A stretch of DNA of 64,000 nucleotides from an uncultured candidate division Zixibacteria bacterium (lineage in GTDB: Bacteria; Zixibacteria; MSB-5A5; GN15; FEB-12). The DNA is taken from positions 1,728,001-1,792,000 of the forward strand of contig OY760907.1 in NCBI GenBank assembly GCA_963664195.1, given 5' to 3'. The translations under genes were made by a program, and so were the position numbers. Positions 19,692 through 29,377 of this stretch are shown piece by piece. The notes under the pieces are model-generated. The model was given only the letters and a program-made list of their open reading frames with translations. It did not search any database and had not been told where the DNA came from. Positions within the stretch are counted from its first letter, which is position 1, and the number at the start of each line of letters is the position of its first letter.

Positions 19692-19711
19692 TGTGGAGAG
19701 GCTCCTTTTTT
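19680..19711 (+). terminator. Intrinsic terminator upstream of metH (attenuator)
   Basis: ggagcctttc-gatgtg-gagaggctcc 10-bp stem followed by TTTTTT, about 60 nt before the metH start. Confidence 0.85.
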
Positions 19712-19772
19712 GTTTGTGCGATTCGGGAGAGAGAATGGCTTCGTTTGGCCGATACTAAGAAGAGTATTTGTG

Positions 19773-22700
19773 ATGGGACAGACACAGATGAAAGAACAGT
19801 TCGACAACAGGAAACTGCACAGAATCGCCAGGGACCGGATATTGGTCGTCGACGGTGCCATGGGCACGTTGATCCAGAGTCACAATCTGACCGAATCCGA
19901 TTTCCGCGGCGACTCTTTTGCCTCGCATCCGTGCGATTTGCAGGGGAATAACGATCTGCTGCCGCTCACCCGCCCCGATATCATCGCCGGCATTCACCGC
20001 ACCTACCTCGAAGCAGGTGCCGATATCATCAAGACCAACACGTTCAACGCTTCTGCCGTTTCCCAATCTGACTACCAGACCGAACACCTTGTCTACGATA
20101 TGAACCTCACATCCGCGCGGCTGGCCCGCGAATGCGCCGACGAGTTCTCCCGGAAAACGCCTGACCAGCCCCGTTTTGTGGCCGGAGATCTGGGACCTAC
20201 CAACCGGTCGACATCGCTCTCACCGGACGTCGAGAAGCCGGGCTACCGCGACGTCAGTTTCGACGATCTCAGAATCGCATACTATGAACAGGCTCGCGGT
20301 CTGCTCGACGGCGGGATCGATATCTTCCTCGTTGAGACAGTTTTTGACACACTCAATGCCAAAGCTGCCCTGTTTGCAATCAAAACGCTTCAGGAAGAAC
20401 GACAAACCAATCTCCCCGTCTGGGTCTCCGGCACGATCACCGACTCCAGCGGACGTACGCTCTCCGGCCAGACGATGGAAGCCTTCTGGGTTTCGGTCAG
20501 TCACGCAGATTTGTTTTGTGTTGGATTGAACTGCGCCAACGGCGCCGCCGCTCTCAGGTCGTATGTTGCGGAGTTGTCCAACGCGGCAACGACGCTGGTC
20601 TCGATGCACCCCAATGCCGGCCTTCCCGACGAACTCGGCAACTACTCCGAAACGCCGGAGATAACGGCCGACACTATTCGCCAATGCGCCGTAAGCGGTC
20701 TTGTAAACATCGTAGGCGGATGCTGCGGCACTACACCCGACCATATTCGGGCCATTGCCGCCGCGGTCAACGGCATCACACCGCGTCAGGTTACAGCATC
20801 CAATAATCACTGCTATCTCAGCGGTCTGGAGCCTCTCGAGATCAGAACGGACTCGCGCTTCGTCAATATCGGCGAACGCACCAATGTCGCCGGCTCTGCC
20901 AAATTCGCCCGCCTCATCCGGGAGAATGACTACGAATCCGCTCTCCGAATCGCCCGCAAACAGATCAAGGGAGGCGCTCAGGTTATCGATGTCAACCTTG
21001 ATGACCCCATGCTTGACGCGCCTGCCGCCATGACGACGTTTCTCAATCTCCTCGCCGCCGATCCGGATATCAGCCGCGTGCCGGTTATGATCGACTCCTC
21101 CGACTGGGAAGTCATCGAGGCCGGTCTGAAGTGCCTGCAGGGGAGAGGTATCGTCAACTCCATCAGCCTGAGAGAAGGCGAAGACGAATTCCTGTCCCAA
21201 GCCTGCCTGATCCGCAAGTACGGCGCCGCCGTGGTTGTGATGGCAATCGATGAAGCTGGCCAGGGTGATACTGCCGCCCGCAAAGTTGAGATCTGTACCC
21301 GTGCCCATGATCTTCTGACCCGCCGTGCTGGGTTCCGCCCGCCGGAAATCATCTTCGACCCCGGCGTGTTTGCAATCGGCACTGGAATCAACGATCACAA
21401 CGATTACGCCGTCGCCTTCCTCGACACCTGCCGTACGATCAAGCAATCACTACCCGGCTGTCTTGTCAGCGGCGGAATAAGCAATCTGTCATTCGCCTTC
21501 CGGGGCAACAACGCCGTCCGCGAGGCCATGCACTCTGTCTTCTTGTATCACGCCGTCGAGGCAGGTATGGACATGGGTATCGTCAACGCCGGTCAGCTCG
21601 CGCCGTACGAAAGCGTACCTCAGGACCTCCGCGAAAGAGCCGAAGACCTCATACTCAATTGCCGACCCGATGCTGCCGAACGCCTGCTAGCTACTGCGTC
21701 AACAGTGTCCGGCGATAGCAAGACAAAGGACGCCGGTATCGGGGCAACAGACCTCTCTGTCGGAGAACGACTCGCTCAGGCTATTGTCAGCGGCATCACC
21801 GACCATATCGAAGATGACACTCGCGACGCTATTGCCGAGTACGGCGATGCACTGCAGGTTGTCGAGGGACCGCTCATGGACGGCATGAATGCGGTTGGCG
21901 ATCTCTTCGCCGACGGCAGGATGTTCCTTCCCCACGTCATTCGCAGCGCCCGCGTTATGAAAAAAGCCGTTTCGGTTCTTACTCCCCACTTGAAGGAAAC
22001 GGATTCATCAGTGGCACACTCACGAGGCAGGATTCTGCTGGCGACCGTCAAGGGGGACGTTCACGACATCGGCAAAAATATCGCCGGAGTCGTCCTTCGC
22101 TGCCACGGCTACGACGTCATTGATCTTGGCGTTAAAGTCTCCACCGGGAGCATCCTCGATCAGGCGAAGCAGCACAACGTCGACGCTGTCGGCCTGAGCG
22201 GACTGATTTCACCCTCGCTGAAGGAAATGGTTCACATCGCCGAGGAAATGGAACGTCGCGGATTCACGATCCCTCTACTGATAGGCGGAGCTACGACGTC
22301 ACTGATTCACACCGCCGTCAAGATCGCTCCGGTCTACAGCGGGCCTGTGGTTTACATCCGCGATGCCTCCCGCGCTGTCGGAGCCGTCAACGCCGTTCTT
22401 GACGATCGCAAACGCGACGGTTTCCTCGCGGACCTTCGCGAGGAATATCGGGCTATCCGCAAACGCCGCGAGGCAAAGACATCGCAGCAGACAATCCTAT
22501 CGCTCGATGAAGCCCGCCGGAGGTCCCCTGTTTTCGAGTGGAAACAGTACTCGCCGCACAGACCGCAGAAACTGGGCATCGAGGTCATTCGCGATTATCC
22601 GTTGGAAGACATTGTCCCGTTGATCGACTGGGCACCGGCGCTCAGGACGTTCGACTTGGCCAGAACGAATCAATCAGCGCAGCCATCCGACGAGTTGCTG

Positions 22701-23429
22701 ACCGACGCAAAAACGCTTCTCGATAGTCTGCTGCGCAATAGAAGCCTGTCCGGTCGAGCCGTCATCGGTCTGTATCCCGCCAACTCAGTCGGCGATGATG
22801 TCGAAATCTACGCCTCCGAGGACCGCTCAACTCCGCTGACAACCGTCCGGTTCCTGCGCCAGCAACAACAGCGCCCCCAGGGCCGTCCGAACCGCTGTCT
22901 CGCAGATTTCATTGCGCCACGAGATTCCGGGATCAACGACTACCTTGGTGCCTTTGTCGTATCGGCAGGGTTTGGAGTCGACTCGCTCAGCGAGAAGTTC
23001 GCGCGCCAGGACGACGAGTATTCCCAACTCCTGCTCCGCGCCCTGGCCGATCGATTGGCTGAGGCATTCGCCCAACGGATGCACGACAGAGTACGTTTGG
23101 AATTCTGGGGACAGGGCACAGCGGACAACGCCGGGAAAGGATCAGCGGTCGGCATCCGCCCCGCTCCCGGATATCCGGCCTGCCCCGACCATACCCAGAA
23201 GATGACACTGTTCAATCTTCTGGAGGCTCCTGATCGGATTGGCGTGACACTTACGGAGTCGTACGCCATGGTTCCGGCCGCGTCGATCTGTGGCTGGTAC
23301 TTCAGCCATCCTGACTCCCGCTACTTCGGCATCGGGCCGATCGGCGAGGATCAAGTGACCGATTACTCGAAGCGAATCGGCCTGCCGGTCAACGAGGTCA
23401 GGCAATGGCTTGAGACGAATCTCACTTAA
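19773..23429 (+). CDS. metH: Cobalamin-dependent methionine synthase
   Basis: DGAMGT, GLNCA, GGCCGT (Zn), IGERTNV pterin domain, GDVHDIG B12 motif, [12 protein letters not shown] activation domain; start 19773 or 19788. Confidence 0.97.
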   Translation: MGQTQMKEQFDNRKLHRIARDRILVVDGAMGTLIQSHNLTESDFRGDSFASHPCDLQGNNDLLPLTRPDIIAGIHRTYLEAGADIIKTNTFNASAVSQSDYQTEHLVYDMNLTSARLARECADEFSRKTPDQPRFVAGDLGPTNRSTSLSPDVEKPGYRDVSFDDLRIAYYEQARGLLDGGIDIFLVETVFDTLNAKAALFAIKTLQEERQTNLPVWVSGTITDSSGRTLSGQTMEAFWVSVSHADLFCVGLNCANGAAALRSYVAELSNAATTLVSMHPNAGLPDELGNYSETPEITADTIRQCAVSGLVNIVGGCCGTTPDHIRAIAAAVNGITPRQVTASNNHCYLSGLEPLEIRTDSRFVNIGERTNVAGSAKFARLIRENDYESALRIARKQIKGGAQVIDVNLDDPMLDAPAAMTTFLNLLAADPDISRVPVMIDSSDWEVIEAGLKCLQGRGIVNSISLREGEDEFLSQACLIRKYGAAVVVMAIDEAGQGDTAARKVEICTRAHDLLTRRAGFRPPEIIFDPGVFAIGTGINDHNDYAVAFLDTCRTIKQSLPGCLVSGGISNLSFAFRGNNAVREAMHSVFLYHAVEAGMDMGIVNAGQLAPYESVPQDLRERAEDLILNCRPDAAERLLATASTVSGDSKTKDAGIGATDLSVGERLAQAIVSGITDHIEDDTRDAIAEYGDALQVVEGPLMDGMNAVGDLFADGRMFLPHVIRSARVMKKAVSVLTPHLKETDSSVAHSRGRILLATVKGDVHDIGKNIAGVVLRCHGYDVIDLGVKVSTGSILDQAKQHNVDAVGLSGLISPSLKEMVHIAEEMERRGFTIPLLIGGATTSLIHTAVKIAPVYSGPVVYIRDASRAVGAVNAVLDDRKRDGFLADLREEYRAIRKRREAKTSQQTILSLDEARRRSPVFEWKQYSPHRPQKLGIEVIRDYPLEDIVPLIDWAPALRTFDLARTNQSAQPSDELLTDAKTLLDSLLRNRSLSGRAVIGLYPANSVGDDVEIYASEDRSTPLTTVRFLRQQQQRPQGRPNRCLADFIAPRDSGINDYLGAFVVSAGFGVDSLSEKFARQDDEYSQLLLRALADRLAEAFAQRMHDRVRLEFWGQGTADNAGKGSAVGIRPAPGYPACPDHTQKMTLFNLLEAPDRIGVTLTESYAMVPAASICGWYFSHPDSRYFGIGPIGEDQVTDYSKRIGLPVNEVRQWLETNLT

Positions 23430-23447
23430 CGAAACGGTGATCAAACG

Positions 23448-24392
23448 ATGAAAGTAACCGGGAAAATCAGCAAAGCTACCGGCCCCCTGTGCAGCTATGA
23501 AATCATTCCACCAAAACGCGGAAAGAGCGCCCGTGACATCCTCGATATCGTAGAACAACTCCGACCGTTTGATCCGCCGTTTATCGACGTGACCTCCCAC
23601 TCGCCGGTGACCTACTACCAGGAACTTGGCGACGGAACCATCAAACGCCGCATCCGGAAAAAACGTCCCGGGACAATCGGGATTTGCACCGTAATCCAGA
23701 ATCGTTACGGCATTGACTCTGTTCCGCACTTGCTTTGTCGAGGTTTCACTCGCGAAGAGACCGAAGATGCCATGATTGAACTCAGCTACCTTGGCATCGA
23801 GTCTGTCATGGCGATTCGCGGCGATTCCTCCGATTCAGACTACAAAGGTCCTGCGGACAGTACCGTCAATCTGCACGCCAACCATCTGGTGGCGCAATTG
23901 GCCGACCTGAGACGTGGAGTCTACCTGGAGGACATTGCCAACTCCGAGCCAATCGACTGCTGTATCGGTGTTTGCGGCTATCCGGAAAAACATGCTGAAG
24001 CACCAAATGCCAAAACTGACCTGACTTATCTCAAGGCCAAGGTTGATGCCGGCGCGGATTATATTGTCACGCAAATGTGTTTCGACAACCTGAAGTTTTT
24101 CGATTTCGAAAAGCGCTGCCGTGAGGCCGGAATAGACATCCCGATCATACCGGGGTTGAAGATCATGAACAAAGTCGGCCAGTTATCCACTCTTCCCGGA
24201 CGGTTTCAGGTATCGCTGCCGGAAACGCTTGTCGACGAAATCACGGAAAACCCGAAACACGTTCGTGAAATCGGCATTCGCTGGGGAGTGAAGCAGTGCG
24301 AGGAGTTGTTCAACCACGGCGTCAGGTGCGTGCACTTCTATGTTCTCAACGACGCCCGTTCAGTTACCAAAGTTGTCAGCCAACTCGCCTGA
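23448..24392 (+). CDS. metF: 5,10-methylenetetrahydrofolate reductase
   Basis: SYEIIPPK, PHLLCRG, GYPEKH, KVDAGADYIVTQ, HFYVLN. Confidence 0.93.
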   Translation: MKVTGKISKATGPLCSYEIIPPKRGKSARDILDIVEQLRPFDPPFIDVTSHSPVTYYQELGDGTIKRRIRKKRPGTIGICTVIQNRYGIDSVPHLLCRGFTREETEDAMIELSYLGIESVMAIRGDSSDSDYKGPADSTVNLHANHLVAQLADLRRGVYLEDIANSEPIDCCIGVCGYPEKHAEAPNAKTDLTYLKAKVDAGADYIVTQMCFDNLKFFDFEKRCREAGIDIPIIPGLKIMNKVGQLSTLPGRFQVSLPETLVDEITENPKHVREIGIRWGVKQCEELFNHGVRCVHFYVLNDARSVTKVVSQLA

Positions 24393-24591
24393 GCAAGTCA
24401 GCGGTTCTATTCAATCAAGTCATCTCTGTGCTTTTCGAAGTGTGCACCGAACGGTCACTCGACGGGTGGCCCCTTCAAACTTGTTGGAGGGGATAGTCTG
24501 AACAGAACGGTCACCCTGGGCACCACAGCCCGCCTTCGGCGCACCAGAGACTTGCAGCCGGCTCTATGCTACGAGTCTCATAGCACCCGAC

Positions 24592-26754
24592 CTACTCAGC
24601 TTTCCGATACTTCATCCCAAGCTGATCCATCAGAAACGCGTACTGATCTGCCTTCTTGTTAACGTTCTCCGTCAAACCTCCACGGTGCCCGTGCCCCGAC
24701 GCTTCACTGGTCCGCATCAGCAACGGATAATCAGAACTGTTTGCCTCCTGAAGCGCCGCAAGCATCTTGCGCGATTGCCATGGATTCACCCGGCCGTCGA
24801 ATGTCCCGACCGTGAACAACACAGCCGGATACGCAGTCCCCTCGACTACATGATGGTACGGTGAGTAAGCATACAGCGCGCGGAACTGCTCAGGATCCTT
24901 AACGGTTCCGTACTCGGTGATGTTAAACACGCCGTTCGGCTCAAGCTCCGTCCTCAGCATGTCATAGACACCGGCGCGAGAAACAACAACCCGGAACAAC
25001 TCAGGATGCTGTGTCATCACCGCGCCCATCAACAGCCCTCCGTTGGAGCCGCCCCAGATCGCCAGCTTCTTCGGAGTGGTGTAGGCGGAGTCGATCAAGT
25101 AATTCGCGCACGCGATGAAATCATCAAACACATTCTGTTTGTTCGTCAGGTAACCTTCCTTGTGCCAATCTTCCCCGTATTCACCGCCGCCACGTATGTT
25201 GGCCACGACGTACACCCCCCCCTGATCAAACCACAACCGACGGGTCACATCAAACTCCGGTGACTTGCAAATGCCGTATCCGCCGTAGCCGTATAGGATC
25301 GTTGGATTCTTTCCGTCGAGCTGTGTCCCCTTTTTTTGCATGATGTTCATCGGAATCTTCGTGCCGTCTTTCGACACCGCAAACTCCCGGACAACCTCGA
25401 TATCGTCGAAAGTTGCCGAACATTTCTTGATCAGCGCCGTTTTGTGCGTTTCGTTCTTGTCAGCCTCGAACCGATACCACGTGGGCGGCGCAACAAAACT
25501 GCTGCCGTTAAACAGAATATTGTCATCGCCAAGATCAACCAGACTGCCTGCCGAAGATACCGGTGGCGTACGAATAGGGGAGAGGAGCTTCCCCTGCAGG
25601 TCAAACATACGAATATCTCGCGGACCACCGGCCATATCGATGACATACAGGCGGCTATCGGTCGGAAGGTATTCGTAGATCGATACATCGCTCTCAGGCA
25701 CGACCACCTTAGCCTTCCTGGTATCTGTTTCTCCGGCGACCATCCGAAGAATGCGTCCGTTCGGAGCATCCTGATACGAAAGCATATACAGCGAATTGTC
25801 GGGACCGAACCGCACGGCACAAATCCCCTCGTCGAACTGTGTTACCTGGGCCCACTTGCCCGACTTATCGCGAAGGTAATGCGCGTACTCGCCGCCGTCA
25901 CCGTTGGCCACCGTTGCGAGAAACAGGGTTCCGTCGTGTGAGGCATCCAACCTGATCTCTGCAATCCGCGGGAAATCCTTGCCCACCTCGTACGTGTCCT
26001 CTTCGGTCGGTGTGCCCAGCCTGTGGCAATACACTTGCTGATAAAACGCGAGGTCTTCTTCCGGCCGCTCACCCGCGCGCGGGTACCGCGTGTAAAACAC
26101 GCCCGTACCGTCCTTGAACCAGGCGATACTTCCACCCGCTGTTGGACCGTTCACATACGGGATCCTGTCGCCCAGTCGTTTCCCCGATACGATGTCATAA
26201 AAAAACAGATCACCGATCTCGCTGCCTTTCTCAGACAGCGACACGGCCAGGACCTTGCCATCCGGCGAAGGACTGTAGAAATCAATTGTTGTGGTCGCTT
26301 CCGGGTTCAACACGTTCAAATCAAGCACCACGCGCTCACTGGAAGGATCATCGGCTGATTCCATTGCTACCAGTATCGACTGCTCGTGCGGTGGTTGTCT
26401 CTTAAGCGCAAACAACGTTCCGTTGCGGTGCTTGATACGGTAGTAGCTGGGAGTTTCCTCACCGAGCAGACCCTGCAGCCGCTTCTGTATCGCCGGACGA
26501 TCTGGCAGCGCATCGAGAATTGACCGTGCATACGCGTGCTGGGCGTCGTTCCACGCACGGACTTTCGGGTCCTTGTGATCCTCCAGCCAGCGGTACTGTT
26601 CTGTAACCTCGACACCATGATATGTGTCGGTAACTGCGATTTTGGGTGTATCAGGCAATTTCGATTCCTCCATACCGCCGGAACATCCGGCCAGCAACAA
26701 CGCCGCGACAGACACTGACAACGCAACCGGCAGTTGAATTGCGCGAATTGACAT
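24592..26754 (-). CDS. Prolyl oligopeptidase (S9A), lipoprotein
   Basis: Lipobox LLAGC; YRWLED; YGYGGY; GGSNGGLL nucleophile; DGRV; SGHG. Confidence 0.93.
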   Translation of the reverse strand: MSIRAIQLPVALSVSVAALLLAGCSGGMEESKLPDTPKIAVTDTYHGVEVTEQYRWLEDHKDPKVRAWNDAQHAYARSILDALPDRPAIQKRLQGLLGEETPSYYRIKHRNGTLFALKRQPPHEQSILVAMESADDPSSERVVLDLNVLNPEATTTIDFYSPSPDGKVLAVSLSEKGSEIGDLFFYDIVSGKRLGDRIPYVNGPTAGGSIAWFKDGTGVFYTRYPRAGERPEEDLAFYQQVYCHRLGTPTEEDTYEVGKDFPRIAEIRLDASHDGTLFLATVANGDGGEYAHYLRDKSGKWAQVTQFDEGICAVRFGPDNSLYMLSYQDAPNGRILRMVAGETDTRKAKVVVPESDVSIYEYLPTDSRLYVIDMAGGPRDIRMFDLQGKLLSPIRTPPVSSAGSLVDLGDDNILFNGSSFVAPPTWYRFEADKNETHKTALIKKCSATFDDIEVVREFAVSKDGTKIPMNIMQKKGTQLDGKNPTILYGYGGYGICKSPEFDVTRRLWFDQGGVYVVANIRGGGEYGEDWHKEGYLTNKQNVFDDFIACANYLIDSAYTTPKKLAIWGGSNGGLLMGAVMTQHPELFRVVVSRAGVYDMLRTELEPNGVFNITEYGTVKDPEQFRALYAYSPYHHVVEGTAYPAVLFTVGTFDGRVNPWQSRKMLAALQEANSSDYPLLMRTSEASGHGHRGGLTENVNKKADQYAFLMDQLGMKYRKAE

Positions 26755-27070
26755 GCTACCAAAACTTGTCTTGATTGAAATGTAGATGGAACAGGCTACT
26801 TGAGACCACATTAGATAATCTCCTCGACAGGGGTAATGAGTCTGCTCCAAGATTATGAACAAACTTGTCCTTCAGCAAGAGTAAACAACGGACAGTCGGT
26901 CACGTTTATATCTATGTTGACTTCTGCTTGCAGGAGGCATTTAGTTGTATCTGAAAACACTAACGAGAGCAGAACGGCAAATGGAATCTTGTCGTTTCCG
27001 GAGAAGATCGCTCCCGGCAAACGCGTACGGGAAGCAACGATCATCAGAAATCGCTTGAGGAGTACATATC

Positions 27071-28003
27071 ATGAAGAGATTCTGTCTAACAGCTCTGGCT
27101 GCCGCGTTATTGCTGGCGGGCATCACCGGATGCGGAGAAAAAGAAAAGGCAGTCAAGGAATCGGAGACCACCGGCCTGCTTGTCGAACAGTTTGAGAAGT
27201 CAGATATTGCCAGGTCCTCGGAAGTCCGCCTGTTTGAGGGCGAGGCTCTTTTCGAGCATATCAACGGCGGTGCCGAGGTCTACCACCTGTACGGATTCAT
27301 CGAGGTTGCCACCGCCTACTACAAGCGCGGTGAAACCGAGGTCCTCGCTGATATATACAGGTTTGACAACGCCGACAACGCCTACGGGCTGTACACGACC
27401 CTCCGACCGGAAAACCCGTCGACCCACAGGCTCGGAGTCGAGGGCTTCTCGACTTCGTCAACCATAGTCTTCGTCAAGGGAGAGTACGTTGTCAAAATCA
27501 CCGGATACGACGAATCCGAAGAAACTGCGGGAGTCATGAACCCGCTGGCAAAGCACTTTGACCGCCTCCTTACCGGCAGCACGGACCGTCCTGAGATGTT
27601 CTCGAAATTCCCGACAGAATTCAGTGTCCCGCGCTCGGACAAGATCATCGCCGAATCATTCCTTGGACTCCGCGGTGCCAATCATGTGTACAGCCAGAAG
27701 TATGCGATTGATAATGACACGCTGACGCTATTCCTCGCCGCGGACGATGCTCACAAAACATTGGAGACCATCGCCGCGCAGCTTCGCGAAGGGCGCGAAA
27801 GGTTCGCCGTTTCCGCTGACCTGCCGTTCTCAGCCGATCAGTCACTGACCAGCGCACACGATCTCAAAACCGGCGTGGTTGACAGCTACTACGGCAAAAT
27901 TGTCGTGGGGCCAAAAGACGGATTCCTCGCCGGCGTGATCAATATGTCCGACTCTGAGAAATGCAAGAAACACGTTATTGATTGGCTGAACTCCCTGCCG
28001 TAG
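27071..28003 (+). CDS. Lipoprotein, DUF6599-like
   Basis: RBS gaggag; lipobox ITGC; LFEHINGGAEVYHLYGF..ADIYRF..NAYGLY pattern. Confidence 0.65.
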   Translation: MKRFCLTALAAALLLAGITGCGEKEKAVKESETTGLLVEQFEKSDIARSSEVRLFEGEALFEHINGGAEVYHLYGFIEVATAYYKRGETEVLADIYRFDNADNAYGLYTTLRPENPSTHRLGVEGFSTSSTIVFVKGEYVVKITGYDESEETAGVMNPLAKHFDRLLTGSTDRPEMFSKFPTEFSVPRSDKIIAESFLGLRGANHVYSQKYAIDNDTLTLFLAADDAHKTLETIAAQLREGRERFAVSADLPFSADQSLTSAHDLKTGVVDSYYGKIVVGPKDGFLAGVINMSDSEKCKKHVIDWLNSLP

Positions 28004-28025
28004 ATAGCTGGGGGCTGTCCAAAAT

Positions 28026-28052
28026 GTAGGTCGAAACCCCTGCGGTTTCGAC
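28026..28052 (+). repeat. REP-like element between convergent genes
   Basis: GTAG-gtcgaaacc-cctgc-ggtttcgac. Confidence 0.75.
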
Positions 28053-28118
28053 AAGGCTGTGAGCGGCTGACGCCTATCCGCCTGTGGACGTCCCTCCGTC
28101 TGCCCCGGACCGAAGACC

Positions 28119-29345
28119 CTAGCAATACATCGTTTTCAACTCGTCTATCCGACGGTCAATATCCACTGTATTCGCGCACTGCGCAGTGCATTCCGAACAC
28201 GACGTGCATGCCTGCAAACCGCTCGCCTTCGGGATCTCATCAAGCGTCTGACGCGCCAGATAGAAATCCGAGTACTGTGCGGCATACATGTGCGTTCTCA
28301 TCAGAGTCGGAATATCCACTCCGCCGGGACAACTTGCCAGACATTGACGGCACTGACGGCAGAATCCAAGGCCCAGCTTGACGGCATTATCCGACAGGAA
28401 CTTCGCCTCGTTGTCGGTTAACTCAAGATTGCTCGCCACCGCAAAGTCTTCCTTCAGATGCTGATGATTGTTGTATCCAGCGATGATCGTATGTACGTAT
28501 TCATTTCTGAGCACCCACTTCAGACAGGCCGCAATGATGGTCGCCTGATCGTAGGATTGCCGAGTGTCCGGATTGGGCCAGCGAACTCCGCCCGCAGTGG
28601 TTTTCATGGCGACAATCCCGACTCCCGCCTTCGACGCATTGGCAACCGCCTGTACGAGCGCGGTGTCATCGGCCAGAGCGAAATTGAACGAGGTCAGGAT
28701 AACGTCCCATACTTTCGCCTTGACGGTGTCATCAATCACGGTCGCCATCTGTGAATGAGTTGTAATCCCTATCGCGCGTACCTTGCCAGTGTCTTTGAGA
28801 TGCTGCATTCCGTCCATGATCGCCTGATCGGAGGCGATTCCAGCCGCGGAAACGTCATGTACGTACAGGATATCGACATAGTCCGTTCTCAGCCTGCGAA
28901 GGCTGCCCTCCAGAAGCTTTTCCATTTTTGCGGTAACCGCGGCTCCCTCGACTCCGCGCCTCTGGTCCGGAGTGTAAATCTTGGAGGCGATGAACACCTT
29001 GTCGCGCACGCCCATCTTGCTGATCACGCCGCCGACCATTTGCTCGTTGGCACCGGTCTGATAGTTGGCCGCTGTGTCAAAATGCCGTACACCCATCTCG
29101 TAAGAGGCCTGCACCACTCCCGGGTTATTGCACGCGCCGACTCCCATGCTCACAATCGGATGCTCCATGCCCGTGCGGCCGAGCTTGCGCGTTATGATCC
29201 TGGCAGGGGCCTTCTCCGTTTCCTTTTTCGCTTCCTGGGCCAGCGACAGGGCAGGGGAGAGACCGGTCAACCCGGCCGTCACAAGTCCTGTGGCAGATGC
29301 AGCAAGAAATCTCCGCCGCGTTAGATCAGATTGCTTGTCACTCAT
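28119..29345 (-). CDS. Aldo/keto reductase with twin-arginine leader and C-terminal Fe-S Cys motifs
   Basis: TRRRFL; RKLGRTG; FDTAANY; SLRRLRTDYVD; CRQCRQCLASCP and CTSCSECTAQC. Confidence 0.88.
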   Translation of the reverse strand: MSDKQSDLTRRRFLAASATGLVTAGLTGLSPALSLAQEAKKETEKAPARIITRKLGRTGMEHPIVSMGVGACNNPGVVQASYEMGVRHFDTAANYQTGANEQMVGGVISKMGVRDKVFIASKIYTPDQRRGVEGAAVTAKMEKLLEGSLRRLRTDYVDILYVHDVSAAGIASDQAIMDGMQHLKDTGKVRAIGITTHSQMATVIDDTVKAKVWDVILTSFNFALADDTALVQAVANASKAGVGIVAMKTTAGGVRWPNPDTRQSYDQATIIAACLKWVLRNEYVHTIIAGYNNHQHLKEDFAVASNLELTDNEAKFLSDNAVKLGLGFCRQCRQCLASCPGGVDIPTLMRTHMYAAQYSDFYLARQTLDEIPKASGLQACTSCSECTAQCANTVDIDRRIDELKTMYC

Positions 29346-29377
29346 GGTTTTCTTCCCTTCGCGTATCGAATATACCC

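Noticed and set aside
19500..19720. SAM-I, cobalamin riboswitch or T-box upstream of metH
   Set aside because: Hallmark motifs (ATCxAGAG..GGCAACC..GGTGC; GGGAA..GCCACTG; GGTGGxACCGCG) are not visible by eye, and the leader-peptide model explains the terminator better. An Rfam scan is still needed.
19710..19772. N-terminal extension of MetH as given in the ORF track
   Set aside because: It starts inside the terminator's T-tract; real starts are more likely ATG 19773 or 19788.
19286..19867. 193-aa minus-strand ORF across the metH leader
   Set aside because: It overlaps the metH start and the regulatory region, with no protein-like features.
20220..21446. Long antisense ORFs (also 32003-33181, 48589-49512, 50575-51537, 54970-55962)
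   Set aside because: Opposite-strand shadows of well-supported genes in GC-rich DNA.
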